A stretch of DNA of 64,000 nt from Octopus bimaculoides. Taxonomy: Eukaryota. The notes below the pieces were generated by a model, which worked only from the letters and a program-made list of their open reading frames with translations, ran no database searches and was not told the origin of the DNA. The DNA lies in assembly GCF_001194135.2 (NCBI RefSeq), contig NC_068981.1, positions 167,243,218 to 167,307,217 of the forward strand, given 5' to 3'. The translations under genes and the position numbers were made by a program. Positions 39,005 through 52,030 of this stretch are shown here, piece after piece (position 1 is the first letter of the stretch; each line of letters starts with the position of its first letter).

Positions 39005-40345
39005 TATTATTTCATATGCAAACGACAGATTAAACTGTTGGTAAAGGAACATTCCCAACATGGGGTTACAAGAAGTAACCTTAGATATTAAGAACATTCC
39101 TAAGTATCTTAGTTGTCATTAATAAAACTGTTTTCTGGAGCGTCACTACACTATGCCTATTTCTTCTATCCATCTGTTCAAATCTTTAGGGATAGTTTCT
39201 AATGCACCTAGTTTCCAATGGATCAGTCTTGTCACATTGTCATGTCGTCTTTTGTATTCACGATTATTATCATTATTGAGTGAGAGAGCAGTGCATGCCA
39301 TCAAAGTGACACTGGGGTAAAATATACGAAGCCCAATATACACATCATGACTACCCGTCTGATAAGGGTACACCAGGCACATGCATCACAACCATATGTG
39401 CGCGACATGGTGATCTCATATCAAGATAAACAGCGCATGACCTCGCAGGTGGGGCCCAGTTAAAATTTTCTTCAGGTCGAGTAGCCCATCCCACTCAAAA
39501 GGTCCCTCGTATTTTGTAACTCAATGGTTAAGCTCTGGTACTTTGCTATTTTCTATACCTCTTATATTGATTTTCTCATCATTTGGGACTGCAAAGTCAA
39601 ATTACCTGGCACTTTCTATTCTCTTTTTCTACTACTACTAAATCAGACTTTCTAACTTGTATTACTCTGTCAGTATGAATGTTAAAATCCCTCAGCATCT
39701 TATATTTCTTACTTTCTAGCACTTTACTAGTTCATGTTCATACCATTTATCTGTATCCTATCTATCTACATAACTCCCAGTGGATTATTTTCCCTAGGAT
39801 GTCATGTTCCTTCTTTTATTCTTTCTGTGCAGCATACTACATTACCTATACTATATGAGTAATACTTTTCTCTTTTGATTTATATAACCTACATTGGGAA
39901 TCTACCTGGTTTTGGCTTTTATCCAATTATTTCTTAATGCTTGGCTTTGTGCTGCTACTAACACACTTTCTGTCTTTCCCCTTCAGCTTTCCTTTCTGTA
40001 ACCATAACCAAGTCTCACTATTATTATTTCCTGCAACTATCTTTAGGAATCTACCATGCACAGCCTTCTCTTGCCAGTTATATAATCTTTTCTTTTTTGC
40101 ACTTTTTAACTTCATTTGGCCTTTTGATTTCCCTATGTTATACTGTTACTATAGCAGTTCTTAATAAACTTTCTTCTCTATTACCTACGCAGGAGGCTAT
40201 ATATCTACTCTAGTTAACTCCACACAGTCTTCTACTGATATTAACCCTCTACTACCTCCCTTTCTAGGCAAGTATAATCTTGCTATTCCTGCTTTTGGGT
40301 TAAGCCCTCTATTCATATTGAATTCATTCCTGGTTCTTCTGTCTA
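39005..40345 (-). mobile_element. RLE-type (R4/Dong-like) LINE relic interrupted by a 296-bp insertion at 39212-39507
   Basis: PKAGIARLYLPRKGGSRGLISVEDC..KAVHGRF..TESVLVAAQSQAL..HDILGKIIHWELC..RKSDLVVV..DFAVPND..KYQSLTIELQ | insertion | LGALETIPKDLNRWIEEIGI..LQKTVLL..ILRNVL*. Confidence 0.88.
39212..39507 (-). repeat. 296-bp direct copy of 37717-~38026 (LINE IHWK piece, AAT linker, element D 3' part)
   Basis: Same LINE/D junction as at 37717-37790; about 7 mismatches over the ~280 comparable bases. Confidence 0.9.
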
Positions 40346-40351
40346 GATGTG

Positions 40352-40398
<47 letters not shown>

Positions 40399-40409
40399 TA
40401 TTGTTGTTG

Positions 40410-40447
<38 letters not shown>

Positions 40448-40574
40448 GTTAGAGTTCATGTTTGGCCGGTTCAAATAACATATGTATGAAAAGAAGTTGT
40501 TTGCTCCTCGCTCAACTGTTTTCCATTTCTGAAGAATAGACTCTTCTCATATCGTAACATAACTGATTCCAAGA

Positions 40575-40708
<134 letters not shown>

Positions 40709-41275
40709 AAGAAGATAATAGAAGGAGAAGAAAGAAAAACTGTTTCTAGTATGTACACTTTATTTACTGCCTCCATAAAAATGAATGGTAAAGTTGACTA
40801 CAGTAGGATTTGAACTCAGCGTACAGGGAGCCGTAACAAGTACCGCAAGGCGCTAACAACTCTGCTTCGTTAGCTGTTCATAGCAATAACGATCATTAAC
40901 TCAAACCGAGATCTTACTTTACTCATTGTAAGAGTTTTAAATAGGAAAAAAAGCAGTTTTGTTTCCTAGCAGAATGGTAGTGTTTGATTAAATGCAGTTA
41001 GCAAGCCTAACGAAAATTGTTATACGTTGAAAATAACGGATTTTTGGATTGTCATCCGTTTATTGTATGTGAGAAGCTAATAACTGACGCTATCTCATTT
41101 AACTATGGGCAAACTTTGTGAAACAATTACAGCATATAATGGTGTTGAATATGAAGATATTTTACCTCCAGCATTCATTTATATATTCTTCACAATGGTC
41201 TTCAAACGAAATACGATATGGTGTTTACATTTGTCATATAATTTCTGAATAATTTCCTATAGTTCAAACATTTTC

Positions 41276-41365
<90 letters not shown>

Positions 41366-41571
41366 ATGTATGTATATATGTATGCGTGTATGTAATTTTG
41401 GCTCTAGGCCAGCAATTTCGAGGGGGGAGGGAAGTCGCTTGCATCGATCTCAGTGTTCAACTGTTATTTATTTTATCCAATATTCTTCTTCTTCTTCTTC
41501 TTCTTCTTCTTCTTCTTCTTCTTCTTCTTCTTCTTCTTCTTCTTCTTCTTCTTCTTCTTCTTCTTCATATT

Positions 41572-42118
41572 GAGCGAGAGAGCAATGCATGCTATCAAAG
41601 TGACATTGCGGTACAAATATACGAAACCCAATATACCCGTCATGACTATCCGTCTGATAAAGGTGCACCAAGCACATGCATCTGAAGCATATGTGCATGA
41701 CATGGTGATCTCATATCAAGATAAACAGCACATGACCTTGCAGGTGGATCTGAATCAGAATTTTCTTCAGATAGAGTAGCCCATCCCACCCAAAATGTCC
41801 CTGAATAAGATTTGTTTAAGGTTGAGGAACGAAAAACCCATGTTTCCAGATGTGAATTATTCAAACTCCAAAGAATTCCTCTCAACATATAATTATGATA
41901 TTCCCCTGTTACTCCTGCTTGTGATCGTAGATACACATGTTATCAGCCACTAAGGGACTTGCTCCAACGGTGAAGGTCAAGTAAATCTGTGGTATTGAGC
42001 AGAATATTTGTTGTAGCCAATATTTTCATATCAAGACAAAACGCGTACATAATAACACTTCCAATCAGTTAAGATCAGAAGCCACGAGAGCCACTGCCTA
42101 GTTCTGCATCAGGGCATT
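41572..42118 (-). mobile_element. Non-coding element D, copy 4 (near full length, more diverged)
   Basis: Same two termini; (ATT)n-like tract at 42119-42170 on one side and (CTT)n at ~41484-41566 on the other. Confidence 0.9.
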
Positions 42119-42285
42119 ATTATTATAATTATAATTATAATTATTATTATTATTATTATTATTATTATAACTGAGTGAGTCACTAATGTAAGCTGGAAGG
42201 AATGTCTCCTATATGTAACGTGTCCGAGTTGTATCATATTGTGTGTTGTTAGCATTTTTTAAAAGACACTTCTGTGATTTCTTGA

Positions 42286-42481
42286 AGAATCGTTAGCATG
42301 TTGGGTGAAATGCTTAGCGGTATTTCGTCTGCTACGTTCTGAGTTCAAATTCCGCTGAGGTCGACTTTGCTTTTCATCCTTTCGGGGGTCAGTGAAATAA
42401 GTATTAGTTAAGCACTGGTGTCAATGTAATCGACGTACTCACTCCCCCAAAATTTCAGGCCTTGTGCCTATAATAGAAAGG
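42286..42481 (+). mobile_element. SINE family A
   Basis: GAATCGTTAGC...GAGTTCAAATTCCGCTGAGGTCGACTTTGC...TTTCAGGCCTTGTGCCTATAATAGAAAGG. Confidence 0.88.
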
Positions 42482-42489
42482 ATTATTGT

Positions 42490-42526
<37 letters not shown>

Positions 42527-43158
42527 GCTAGTAAATACCAAGAATTTTCTTGGTAAAATTCCGAGTTTTTCGGAGATGGGGTGGTGTCAAAAATAAAGCA
42601 AACTCTGAAAGTGCTAAACTTTCCTAATAACAATATTCTCAGAGACACTAGATGCCGTTATTGCAAATTTACCGCCGCTACAGTTTAATTTTGATGCAAA
42701 TAATACGTAGCATTAATGTTTTCTGTGTGTGTATGTGTGTAGCTATTGAGATATATCCCAGTCTACTGCTGCAGTAACTGGACTATATTACATGGACAGT
42801 GACGGATATCTTCGTTTCTTGGTTCCCATTATTATGAGTGACAGATTTCCTATTACGGTCGCTATAATTGTACTCATGGGGTAAAATATTCGTGAGAATA
42901 TGAAAGAGGTTTTCTTTTCTTTTTTGTTTTACAATTTCTTTTTTTTGGAAGAGAGACAGCAAACTTACAACATCATACTGAAGATTAAAATTATAATTAA
43001 ATGTTCCATAATGTATACCATAAGAGTGACCACAAAAAGCAGAGGCATTCATAAGGATACTTCATCATGAATAACAGACAGGCATGTGGAAAAGCGGTTG
43101 AAGCTGGAGCCGAAAAACTAACCAATCAGCTATTATTTATCTATATATATTGTAAATT

Positions 43159-43545
43159 GTCGAGGCGCAATGGCCCAGTGGTTAGGGCAGCGGACTCGCG
43201 GTCATAGGATCGCGGCTTCGATTCCCAGACCGGGCGTTGTGAGTGTTTATTGAGCGAAAACACCTAAAGCTCCACGAGTCTCCGGCAGGGGATAGTGGCG
43301 AACCCTGCTGTACTCTTTCACCACAACTTTCTCTCACTCTTACTTCCTGTTGCTCTTGTACCTGTAATTCAAAGGGTAAGCCTTGTCACACTGTGTCACG
43401 CTGAATATCCTCGAGAACTACATTAAGAGTACACGTGTCTGTGGAGTGCTCAGCCACTTGCACGCTAATTTCACGAGCAGGCTGTTCCGTCGATCGGATC
43501 AGCTGGAACCCTCGACGTCGTAAGCGACGGAGTGCCAACAACAAC
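43159..43545 (+). mobile_element. SINE family C, full length, tRNA(Arg)-like head, (ACA)n tail, 12-bp TSD
   Basis: A-box TGGCCCAGTGG, B-box-like GCTTCGATTCC; TSD ATATTGTAAATT at 43147-43158 and 43546-43557. Confidence 0.93.
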
Positions 43546-43698
43546 ATATTGTAAATTAAGTATTTTGTGAATAAGAGTAATCTTGTATTTTGGTTTCTTA
43601 TAGGACAGTTACTGGTTCACTCTTCCTATCTCCCTCTCTCTCCTCTTTTTCTTTATGTGTATGTGTGAGTTATACATATGTATAAATCTCACACCTAC

Positions 43699-43736
<38 letters not shown>

Positions 43737-43775
43737 GTGTGTTTGTGTGTGTGTGTGTATTTGTGCGTGTGTGCG

Positions 43776-43807
<32 letters not shown>

Positions 43808-44112
43808 TGCATATATGTATGTATGCATGTATGTATGTATGTATGCACGAAAAAGTTTCTACCATGCTTTGAAGGGCATTATAAGAAATATCCCTCGGGC
43901 AGACAAAACATTTAAACACATAAGATGTATCACTCATACGATTCCCTCACGCTAGAAAGGACAGCTAAGTTCCAAACCACTATTAGGGATAAAATTTCGA
44001 AGAGAATGAAAAATAAAAACATTTACCATCTACCTCCTGAACCATGGTTTCTGACTTGGGGGAATCCTATGATGGATACCGCTTATGTGTTTAAATGTAC
44101 ACTATCTATATG

Positions 44113-44152
<40 letters not shown>

Positions 44153-44956
44153 TGTATTTATATATATCCATTTATATATATCTATATATATATGTATTTA
44201 TATATATTTTTATATATATATATGTATTTATATATATGCATATATATGTATATATATACGTGTATATATATATATATATATATATNNNNNNNNNNNNNNN
44301 NNNNNNNNNNNNNNNNNNNNNNNNNNNNNNNNNNNNNNNNNNNNNNNNNNNNNNNNNNNNNNNNNNNNNNNNNNNNNNNNNNNNNNNNNNNNNNNNNNNN
44401 NNNNNNNNNNNNNNNNNNNNNNNNNNNNNNNNNNNNNNNNNNNNNNNNNNNNNNNNNNNNNNNNNNNNNNNNNNNNNNNNNNNNNNNNNNNNNNNNNNNN
44501 NNNNNNNNNNNNNNNNNNNNNNNNNNNNNNNNNNNNNNNNNNNNNNNNNNNNNNNNNNNNNNNNNNNNNNNNNNNNNNNNNNNNNNNNNNNNNNNNNNNN
44601 NNNNNNNNNNNNNNNNNNNNNNNNNNNNNNNNNNNNNNNNNNNNNNNNNNNNNNNNNNNNNNNNNNNNNNNNNNNNNNNNNNNNNNNNNNNNNNNNNNNN
44701 NNNNNNNNNNNNNNNNNNNNNNNNNNNNNNNNNNNNNNNNNNNNNNNNNNNNNNNNNNNNNNNNNNNNNNNNNNNNNNNNNNNNNNNNNNNNNNNNNNNN
44801 NNNNNNNNNNNNNNNNNNNNNNNNNNNNNNNNNNNNNNNNNNNNNNNNNNNNNNNNNNNNNNNATATATATATATATATATATATGTGTATATATATATA
44901 CGTATATGTATATATGTATATGTATATATATATGTGGATATGTATATATATATGTG

Positions 44957-45031
<75 letters not shown>

Positions 45032-45844
45032 ATATGTGTGTGTATATACATATATGTGTTTGTATATATATATATATATATATGTGTGCATATATATGTA
45101 TATGTATATATACATGTATATATATTTATATGTATATCTATATATATATCTGTTTATAGACATATGTGTATGTATGTATGTGTGTGTATGCGTGCGTGTA
45201 TGTGTGAGTGTGTCTAAACCATGAAGTGATATATTATAGATTATGGCATTTAATTGGTCAGAATGTTACCGTCGGTTTCGCACCGACATCTTCTGGCATG
45301 ATGACCGGTAGAGTTGTCAATTTTGTGCATTTTTTTTTTGTAGTTGGAAATTTTACAGAAGTAATTATGTGTATGTATGGGAAATATTGTCAATTAGATG
45401 GGTTCAATTTTTGCATGTTATCTCTTAGTCTGTGGAGTTGTTCCAGGGCAGTAAATGGAGAGAAATGGTGGAGTACACCTGAGCACTGTATGCAATAAAC
45501 TCGTTATTACTATTCAACGAAATGAGCTCGTTCAGTTTATATTGATAGTTTCATGATGATTGAAATATTTCTGGGCTGCATCTTTTATTTCATTGTTCTC
45601 GAGTGACTGACATACTTTCTATCTATAGAAAATTGATTTTAATTCATTATGGACCATTTATAGCTCTTGGTTTTGTGTCCAGTATACGGTGAAGATGATG
45701 ATGGTAGTGGTAGTGATGAAGATAATGATGGTGGTGATGACGCTGCAGCTGTCGTTGCTCGTGTCATTCTTGTTGGTGATGTGATTGTTGTTGCTGTTGC
45801 GAAAGAAAAAGCAGCAAACTGGTGGAATCCCCGAAGCATTAAGA

Positions 45845-46100
45845 AAAAAAAAATGTTTTGCAATATTTTTTACTCTTTACAAACCAAGTGCAAATTCCAC
45901 TGACGTCAACTTTGTCTTTCATCCTTCGGCGTGGAAACGACATTTCGTTCGTCTTTACGCTCCGAATTCAAATTCTGCCGTGGTCGACCTTGCCTTTCAT
46001 CCTTTGGGAATCGAGAAAATAAGTACCAGTTGAACACTGAGGTCGATGTAATCGACTTACTTGTTACCCCGAAATTGTTGGCCTTGTGCCAAAATTTGAA
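45845..46100 (+). mobile_element. SINE family A, rearranged
   Basis: GAATTCAAATTCTGCCGTGGTCGACCTTGCC...AAGTACCAGTTGAACACTGAGGTCGATGTAATCGAC. Confidence 0.75.
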
Positions 46101-46201
46101 ATCAATATTTACATTGTTGATTAAAAATCTATTGATATGTTCTGTAGTACATCGTACAACTGAAAGAAAATATACAGACATATGCATACATACGTAATAT
46201 G

Positions 46202-46690
46202 CAGGGTGCAGTGAATAAACTGTTGTCTAAATTACGCAAAAATTAAAATAACACTGACATCTCATTTTAACATATATATTTATCAAAATTACATAAAAAT
46301 ATTTCGAAATACTAAAGAGTAAATTTATTGTATAAAATCGCCATTGGCTTCAACCACAGCCTCCAGACGACTTCGCAAATCTCTTGCAAGTCTTCTGGGC
46401 GGTCTCCTCGTTTAATTTGATGAATGCTATCATAATCCTTGCCTCCAGTTCATATTTGGTGTTACAAGGAGTTTTGTTGGTCTCTCACTCAACTGCGCCC
46501 CACACATAATAATCAAGTGAGTTGCAGTTTGGGGAGTTAGGTGGTCTGATATTAGGGGTGAGGTGGTCGTAGAAATTGTCTGACAGCCATGATTGGATTC
46601 TCTTGCTTGTGTGGCATGGTACAGAGTCCTGTTGTCAGACATAGGTTTCTTCCAGCAGCTACCCTCTTGACCTAGGGCAGCATTACCTTC
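46202..46690 (-). mobile_element. Tc1/mariner-superfamily DD37D (maT) transposase 3' part with terminal repeat
   Basis: QQDSVPCHTSKRIQSWLSDNFYDHLTPNIRPPNSPNCNSLDYYVWGAVE..RLEAVVEANGDFI*: 37 residues counted between the second and third Asp; terminus CAGGGTG at 46202. Confidence 0.85.
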
Positions 46691-47840
46691 CCCATTTTTT
46701 AAGGAGGGGGTAGCCACAACAAGACACACATCAGGCATTCCATTTATTTCTCAGCTCAAAGAGGCGAGCCCCGTTCTATGCTCGGATCAAAGCATAGGAC
46801 ACAACCCTCAATATCAGCAGCGGAACCCGACAGCATATGCTGGTTTACCCCTGCTGCAGCATGCTAGTTTCGTACCCCTTTGAGCATTTCACTCATCCGT
46901 CCACAAACACTCTCCAAGCTTTCCTATCATTTATAAATTATCTTGCCTCTCTCACTCCAACACCTCTAACCACAAAATCTTTCCTCACTCCATCCATCCA
47001 CACAAACCGAAGTCTGCCTCTGGTTCTGCTGCCTACCACTTCTGTCTTCATCACCCTCCTTACCATCCGCCCCTCATCCATCCTCTCCATGTGGCCAAGC
47101 CACCTCAACATTCGTCTATCCATTTTGGTTGTTAGTTTTTCTCTCACTCCTGCTCGCCTTAGTACCTCCTCATTCTTCATCCTGTCCTTCTGTGTTACAT
47201 CAACCACAGCTCTCAAACATCTCATCTCAAAAATATCTAGTCGCCTCTTTTCCGCATCTCTCAGCTCCCACGTCTCTGCACCATATAACATTGTCGGCAC
47301 AATTACACCCTTATACACACCTCTTTTCGCTTTCATACTCAACCATTTATCTCTCAGCATACCTTTCACAACTCCCCTCCCTCACTCTATATCCCATTTC
47401 CTCAGCCAACCTCCCATCCGCCGTCACATGTGATCCCAGATACTTAAAAACACTAACCTCCTCTAACATCTCACATCCACCCTACCAGCCATTCCATCTC
47501 TCGAACATCTCATCACCTTACTCTTAGCTACATTCACTTTCAGTTTCCTCCTCTCACACACTCTTCCAAACTCTATCACCAGTCTCCTCAGTTGCTCTTC
47601 CGAATCCGCCACCAGTGCCATATCATCAGTAAACAACAACTGACTCACCTGCCATTTCTCTCCATTTTCTCCCACCATTTGGGTTCCTCTACCAAAGGTT
47701 CTATCATTTACCTCTCTCACTACACCATCCATATATAAATTAAACAGCCACGGAGACCTCACATAACCCTGTCTTAACCCCACCTTCACATCAAACTACT
47801 CACTTCACCACCCACCCTAACACACGCCCTACTTTCTCTA
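46691..47840 (-). mobile_element. RTE-clade LINE, 5'-truncated at a gap (RT motifs, thumb, 3' UTR)
   Basis: VKVGLRQGYVRSPWLFNLYMDG, SQLLFTDDMALVADSEE, KLKVNVAKSKVM, FKYLG, VIVPTMLYGAETW, LRWLGHMERM, RGRLRFVWMDGV; several frameshifts. Confidence 0.95.
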
Positions 47841-48976
47841 TAATATATATATATATANNNNNNNNNNNNNNNNNNNNNNNNNNNNNNNNNNNNNNNNNNN
47901 NNNNNNNNNNNNNNNNNNNNNNNNNNNNNNNNNNNNNNNNNNNNNNNNNNNNNNNNNNNNNNNNNNNNNNNNNNNNNNNNNNNNNNNNNNNNNNNNNNNN
48001 NNNNNNNNNNNNNNNNNNNNNNNNNNNNNNNNNNNNNNNNNNNNNNNNNNNNNNNNNNNNNNNNNNNNNNNNNNNNNNNNNNNNNNNNNNNNNNNNNNNN
48101 NNNNNNNNNNNNNNNNNNNNNNNNNNNNNNNNNNNNNNNNNNNNNNNNNNNNNNNNNNNNNNNNNNNNNNNNNNNNNNNNNNNNNNNNNNNNNNNNNNNN
48201 NNNNNNNNNNNNNNNNNNNNNNNNNNNNNNNNNNNNNNNNNNNNNNNNNNNNNNNNNNNNNNNNNNNNNNNNNNNNNNNNNNNNNNNNNNNNNNNNNNNN
48301 NNNNNNNNNNNNNNNNNNNNNNNNNNNNNNNNNNNNNNNNNNNNNNNNNNNNNNNNNNNNNNNNNNNNNNNNNNNNNNNNNNNNNNNNNNNNNNNNNNNN
48401 NNNNNNNNNNNNNNNNNNNNNNNNNNNNNNNNNNNNNNNNNNNNNNNNNNNNNNNNNNNNNNNNNNNNNNNNNNNNNNNNNNNNNNNNNNNNNNNNNNNN
48501 NNNNNNNNNNNNNNATATATATATCCATGCACATTTGTATTCATACCTACATCATATGTGTACGTACATAAATACATGTAGATATGCAGTAGCATTCTCT
48601 ACATACTCATATACAGGCACATGTTCATACACAGACGCCTTTATATACGTACGTACCCACCTACATACATATCTACCTACCAACACACACAGACACACAC
48701 GCATGTGTATGTGTGCGTGCGTATGTATGTACATATACATATTGACACATTTCTATATATATGCAAATGCATTATATACACATACACGCGTTTATGCGCA
48801 TATAAATTTAGCACCGTAGTGAGACAGTTTGTGGAAATTATTGTAAAAGTGCAATACATGTATCAATGAACTTGCTTTTGTCCTTAATTATTCGATTTAT
48901 TTCCATATAGAAAGAGTTGTTTTTAAGATGGAAATAAAACCCAATTTAGAAATTTAAATCCTAACAGTGAGAACGG

Positions 48977-50250
48977 TTAGATGCTGAACTATAGTAGAGT
49001 CTTGCATATTTTTTACGGTTCCATTTTTAGATTTTATTTGCGAAGTATTTGTTAGCTTCCCATATTTTTGTTGAATGCTCTGGCGTTTAAAAATTGTTGC
49101 TTAGATGTTTATTTAAATGTTTACCAACATAACCAAATATTCTTATAGTTTAGACATCAAACATTATATGTTTGAGTTTACAATCTGGGTAGAGCAGATG
49201 CAGGTTTCGTAAATATTCTCTTTGTCACCGATTTTGAAATTAAAAAAAAATTTCCTCTGCTGAGTAGTTGATCGCAATAACTGTACGTAAAGGTTTCTTT
49301 TCTGTTCCATATAACAATATCAAGTTTGCTATGTTTAAATTTGGCGAAATTTTGACGGATATATTCCACCAATAATTCTTGCACATGAAACGTTTGTATA
49401 TCCTCAAAAAGAGAAATGTTTTCTATTCATGAGTAGTCTTTTCTACACTTGTTTACCAACAGCATCAAGTTGCATTTGAAGGTCGTATCTTAATGACATT
49501 TATGTAGCTGCTGATCTCACGTATAATATCATTCACCAACATGTTGTATAATCGACATTTTCAGTTGCATCTTCCAGATTTGAGGGATTCGCTGTTTCTT
49601 TTGTTCTTTACGTATTCTGTAGCTAGCTTTCACCTGCTTTTGAATCGCAAATGAGATATGATGTAACTGTTATGAATCCTAGAGTGGTTACACTTCTTGT
49701 CGATATTAGCATCATACTCAATTTTACGAAAAGCATACACGTTCTTGGTATGAAGATTTTCACTTCAAAGTATTTTTCGAGGTAAGCTATTTTAGTAATT
49801 CTGCGATAGTATGGAATGTCATTAGAAAAAGAAGACTTCTTGAGTTCACTTCCGACGCAAAGAGTGTTATTCTCTTTAGCTTGGAGTACTTGATTGACGT
49901 AATTGTTTTTGCGGCTGTTTAACTGATACCAACGATACTCAAAGGCTGTCTAGACTAATATGAACCCCTTTCATTCCTCTTTTCTTTTCTAAGACCGAGC
50001 CTTTGACTTTCTGTGGACCTTTCCAGACCCCATGCAGGTTTTAATATCTACGGAGCAAATTTCCTCTACTGGAACCGGTACTGATTCTACAAATGCGATG
50101 TGGGATATTGTCTTGTAAAAAGAAAACTCCAATTGCCATATTTTCTTAAGCCTCAAATGATATTCTTCAGGCACTATACATGTGTTTCCCAAGCTTTATC
50201 TTTAAATCTTCGAAACAATACCAAAAGAATTGGTTTCCATCTCATAAAGA
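48977..50250 (-). mobile_element. Old RLE-type LINE relic, same family as 31789-32605
   Basis: Degenerate EEICSVDIKT, WWNI..KHSKLDIVIWN, LHLLYPD, GTVK(fs)ICKT in the same order as the 31789 copy. Confidence 0.7.
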
Positions 50251-51027
50251 GGGCTCTGTCATTGGAATTTAGACATTAACGAAGTAGCCATGAATGCATG
50301 CCTGCATATCATTGCCGTGTGAATCTCCAAGATTTTATTTATCTATGTGTACACGCACAAACCAGTATGCACACGCAAACACAGTTACACATATATTATG
50401 GAATGTTTGACATATTTTTATACTTTCATCAATAGCCTGTGATTATAGTTATCTAATTGATCGCATTCTCCCCATTTTGTGAAGATCAGCTTTTCAAGAT
50501 TACCAAATGTTTGATTATGTGTGTATTTATGTATGTCGTATGGAAGAATATAAGACTGACGACTGGGATTTAATAGTAAAGGTTACAACACTACGGTATA
50601 AATAAATATATCATATGATGTTTATCTAGAGCAATGCTCTGGATATGTTATCACAGCAACACTAAACGTATGGTAATCAAGTATATTATATATGATTCAC
50701 ACGCGCGCGCACACGCACACACGCATTCACTGTATCTCACACACACAAAGACACACATGTATTCATAACTTTGCATTCTCTGTGTATGCATGCGTGTATA
50801 CACGCCACACGGACGCAGACACACACACAATTATATTTATGCATATATGTAGGAACACTTATATATGTATATACATAAATATACTTATGTGCATATTCTA
50901 ACGTATGTGGTTATTCGTGTACGTGTATGTATATATATATATATAAAATGTGAATTTATATATGTATATATATATTATAAATGTGAATGTATGTATGTAT
51001 ATGTATATATATATATATAGATCATGA

Positions 51028-51077
<50 letters not shown>

Positions 51078-51822
51078 CATGTATGTACACATACATAAAA
51101 TATTCATGTATACATACCTCATACACACACATACATACACAGACACGTATCTTCCGGTGTTGAAATTCAATGATGAAATAGAGTAGACATATTAAAAGCT
51201 TACAATAAATTTTATGGATAGAAAATATATCTGTTCTTTATGGCATGTCTACACGATAAAATGGTTTAAATTTCCTGTTTTCTGTCAGGATATGTTTTAG
51301 AACATTGATATAATATGATAAAAACTGAAAAATTATTCAAAGATCGATAGTTAAAATCATTGCATTTCAAGGAAAGAAAAAAATTATGTTGTTGTTGCTG
51401 CTGCTGCTGCTTCGTTTCAGATCATCACTGATGAAACAAACCTCATGAGCAACCCTGCAGTTTGTTTTTCGGATGTGGATTAAAATTTCAAGCGTTTGAT
51501 TCTTATTTGAAAAATTACAGAAGGATTTGAAGGTGATTTTGCAACTAGCTTCAGCAGGTCGAGCAACCACATCAAGGTTCGCTCGTTGGCTTGTTCACTG
51601 AGGAAATTATAATCATCTAGTAGAGGGGTGGGTGTCAACCATGCACGAATTAACCTGTGAGACGAACTGTAGGATTTCAGGAAGATGAAATTAGGGCCAA
51701 TGTTTAAATAAGATGTTTTGTAGGTCAGTGATGTAAATAGGGACAGGATAAGCAAAAGTGCGGTTTATATCTACTTCTCAATTTACAGGTTTCTGTTTCC
51801 ATATCCAATGACTATTAGCACA

Positions 51823-52030
51823 GGCATTGAGCTGGCAGAATCGTTAGTACGTGGGACAAAATGCTTAGCGCTGTTTCTTTCGGTTCTTTTCGTTCGGAGT
51901 TCAACTATCACCGAGGTCAACTATGCTTTTTATCCCTTTGGGGGGGGGGGAGGTCAATAAAATAAAATACCAATCAAATACTGAGGTCAGCGTAAAGGAC
52001 TTGCACCCTCTCACTAAAATTGCTGGCCTT
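51823..52030 (+). mobile_element. SINE family A, diverged
   Basis: GAGCTGGCAGAATCGTTAG...GGAGTTCAA...CCGAGGTCAACT...ATAAAATAC. Confidence 0.75.

Noticed and set aside
43162-43235. tRNA-like sequence (also the heads of SINE A and B copies)
   Set aside because: It runs directly into a SINE body with tail and TSD, and no proper acceptor stem is evident; not a tRNA gene.
43925-45224. Long ORFs (up to 430 aa) here, and similar ones at 15238-15743, 23467-24100, 29603-30689, 34675-35139 and 47786-48595
   Set aside because: They are made of (TA)n/(CA)n/(TATG)n translations and N gaps read as X; not genes.
45271-45296. GTCGGT/ACCGAC hairpin followed by CTGG, like a Helitron 3' end
   Set aside because: Spacing is short, no T follows CTRR, and there is no Helitron sequence upstream.
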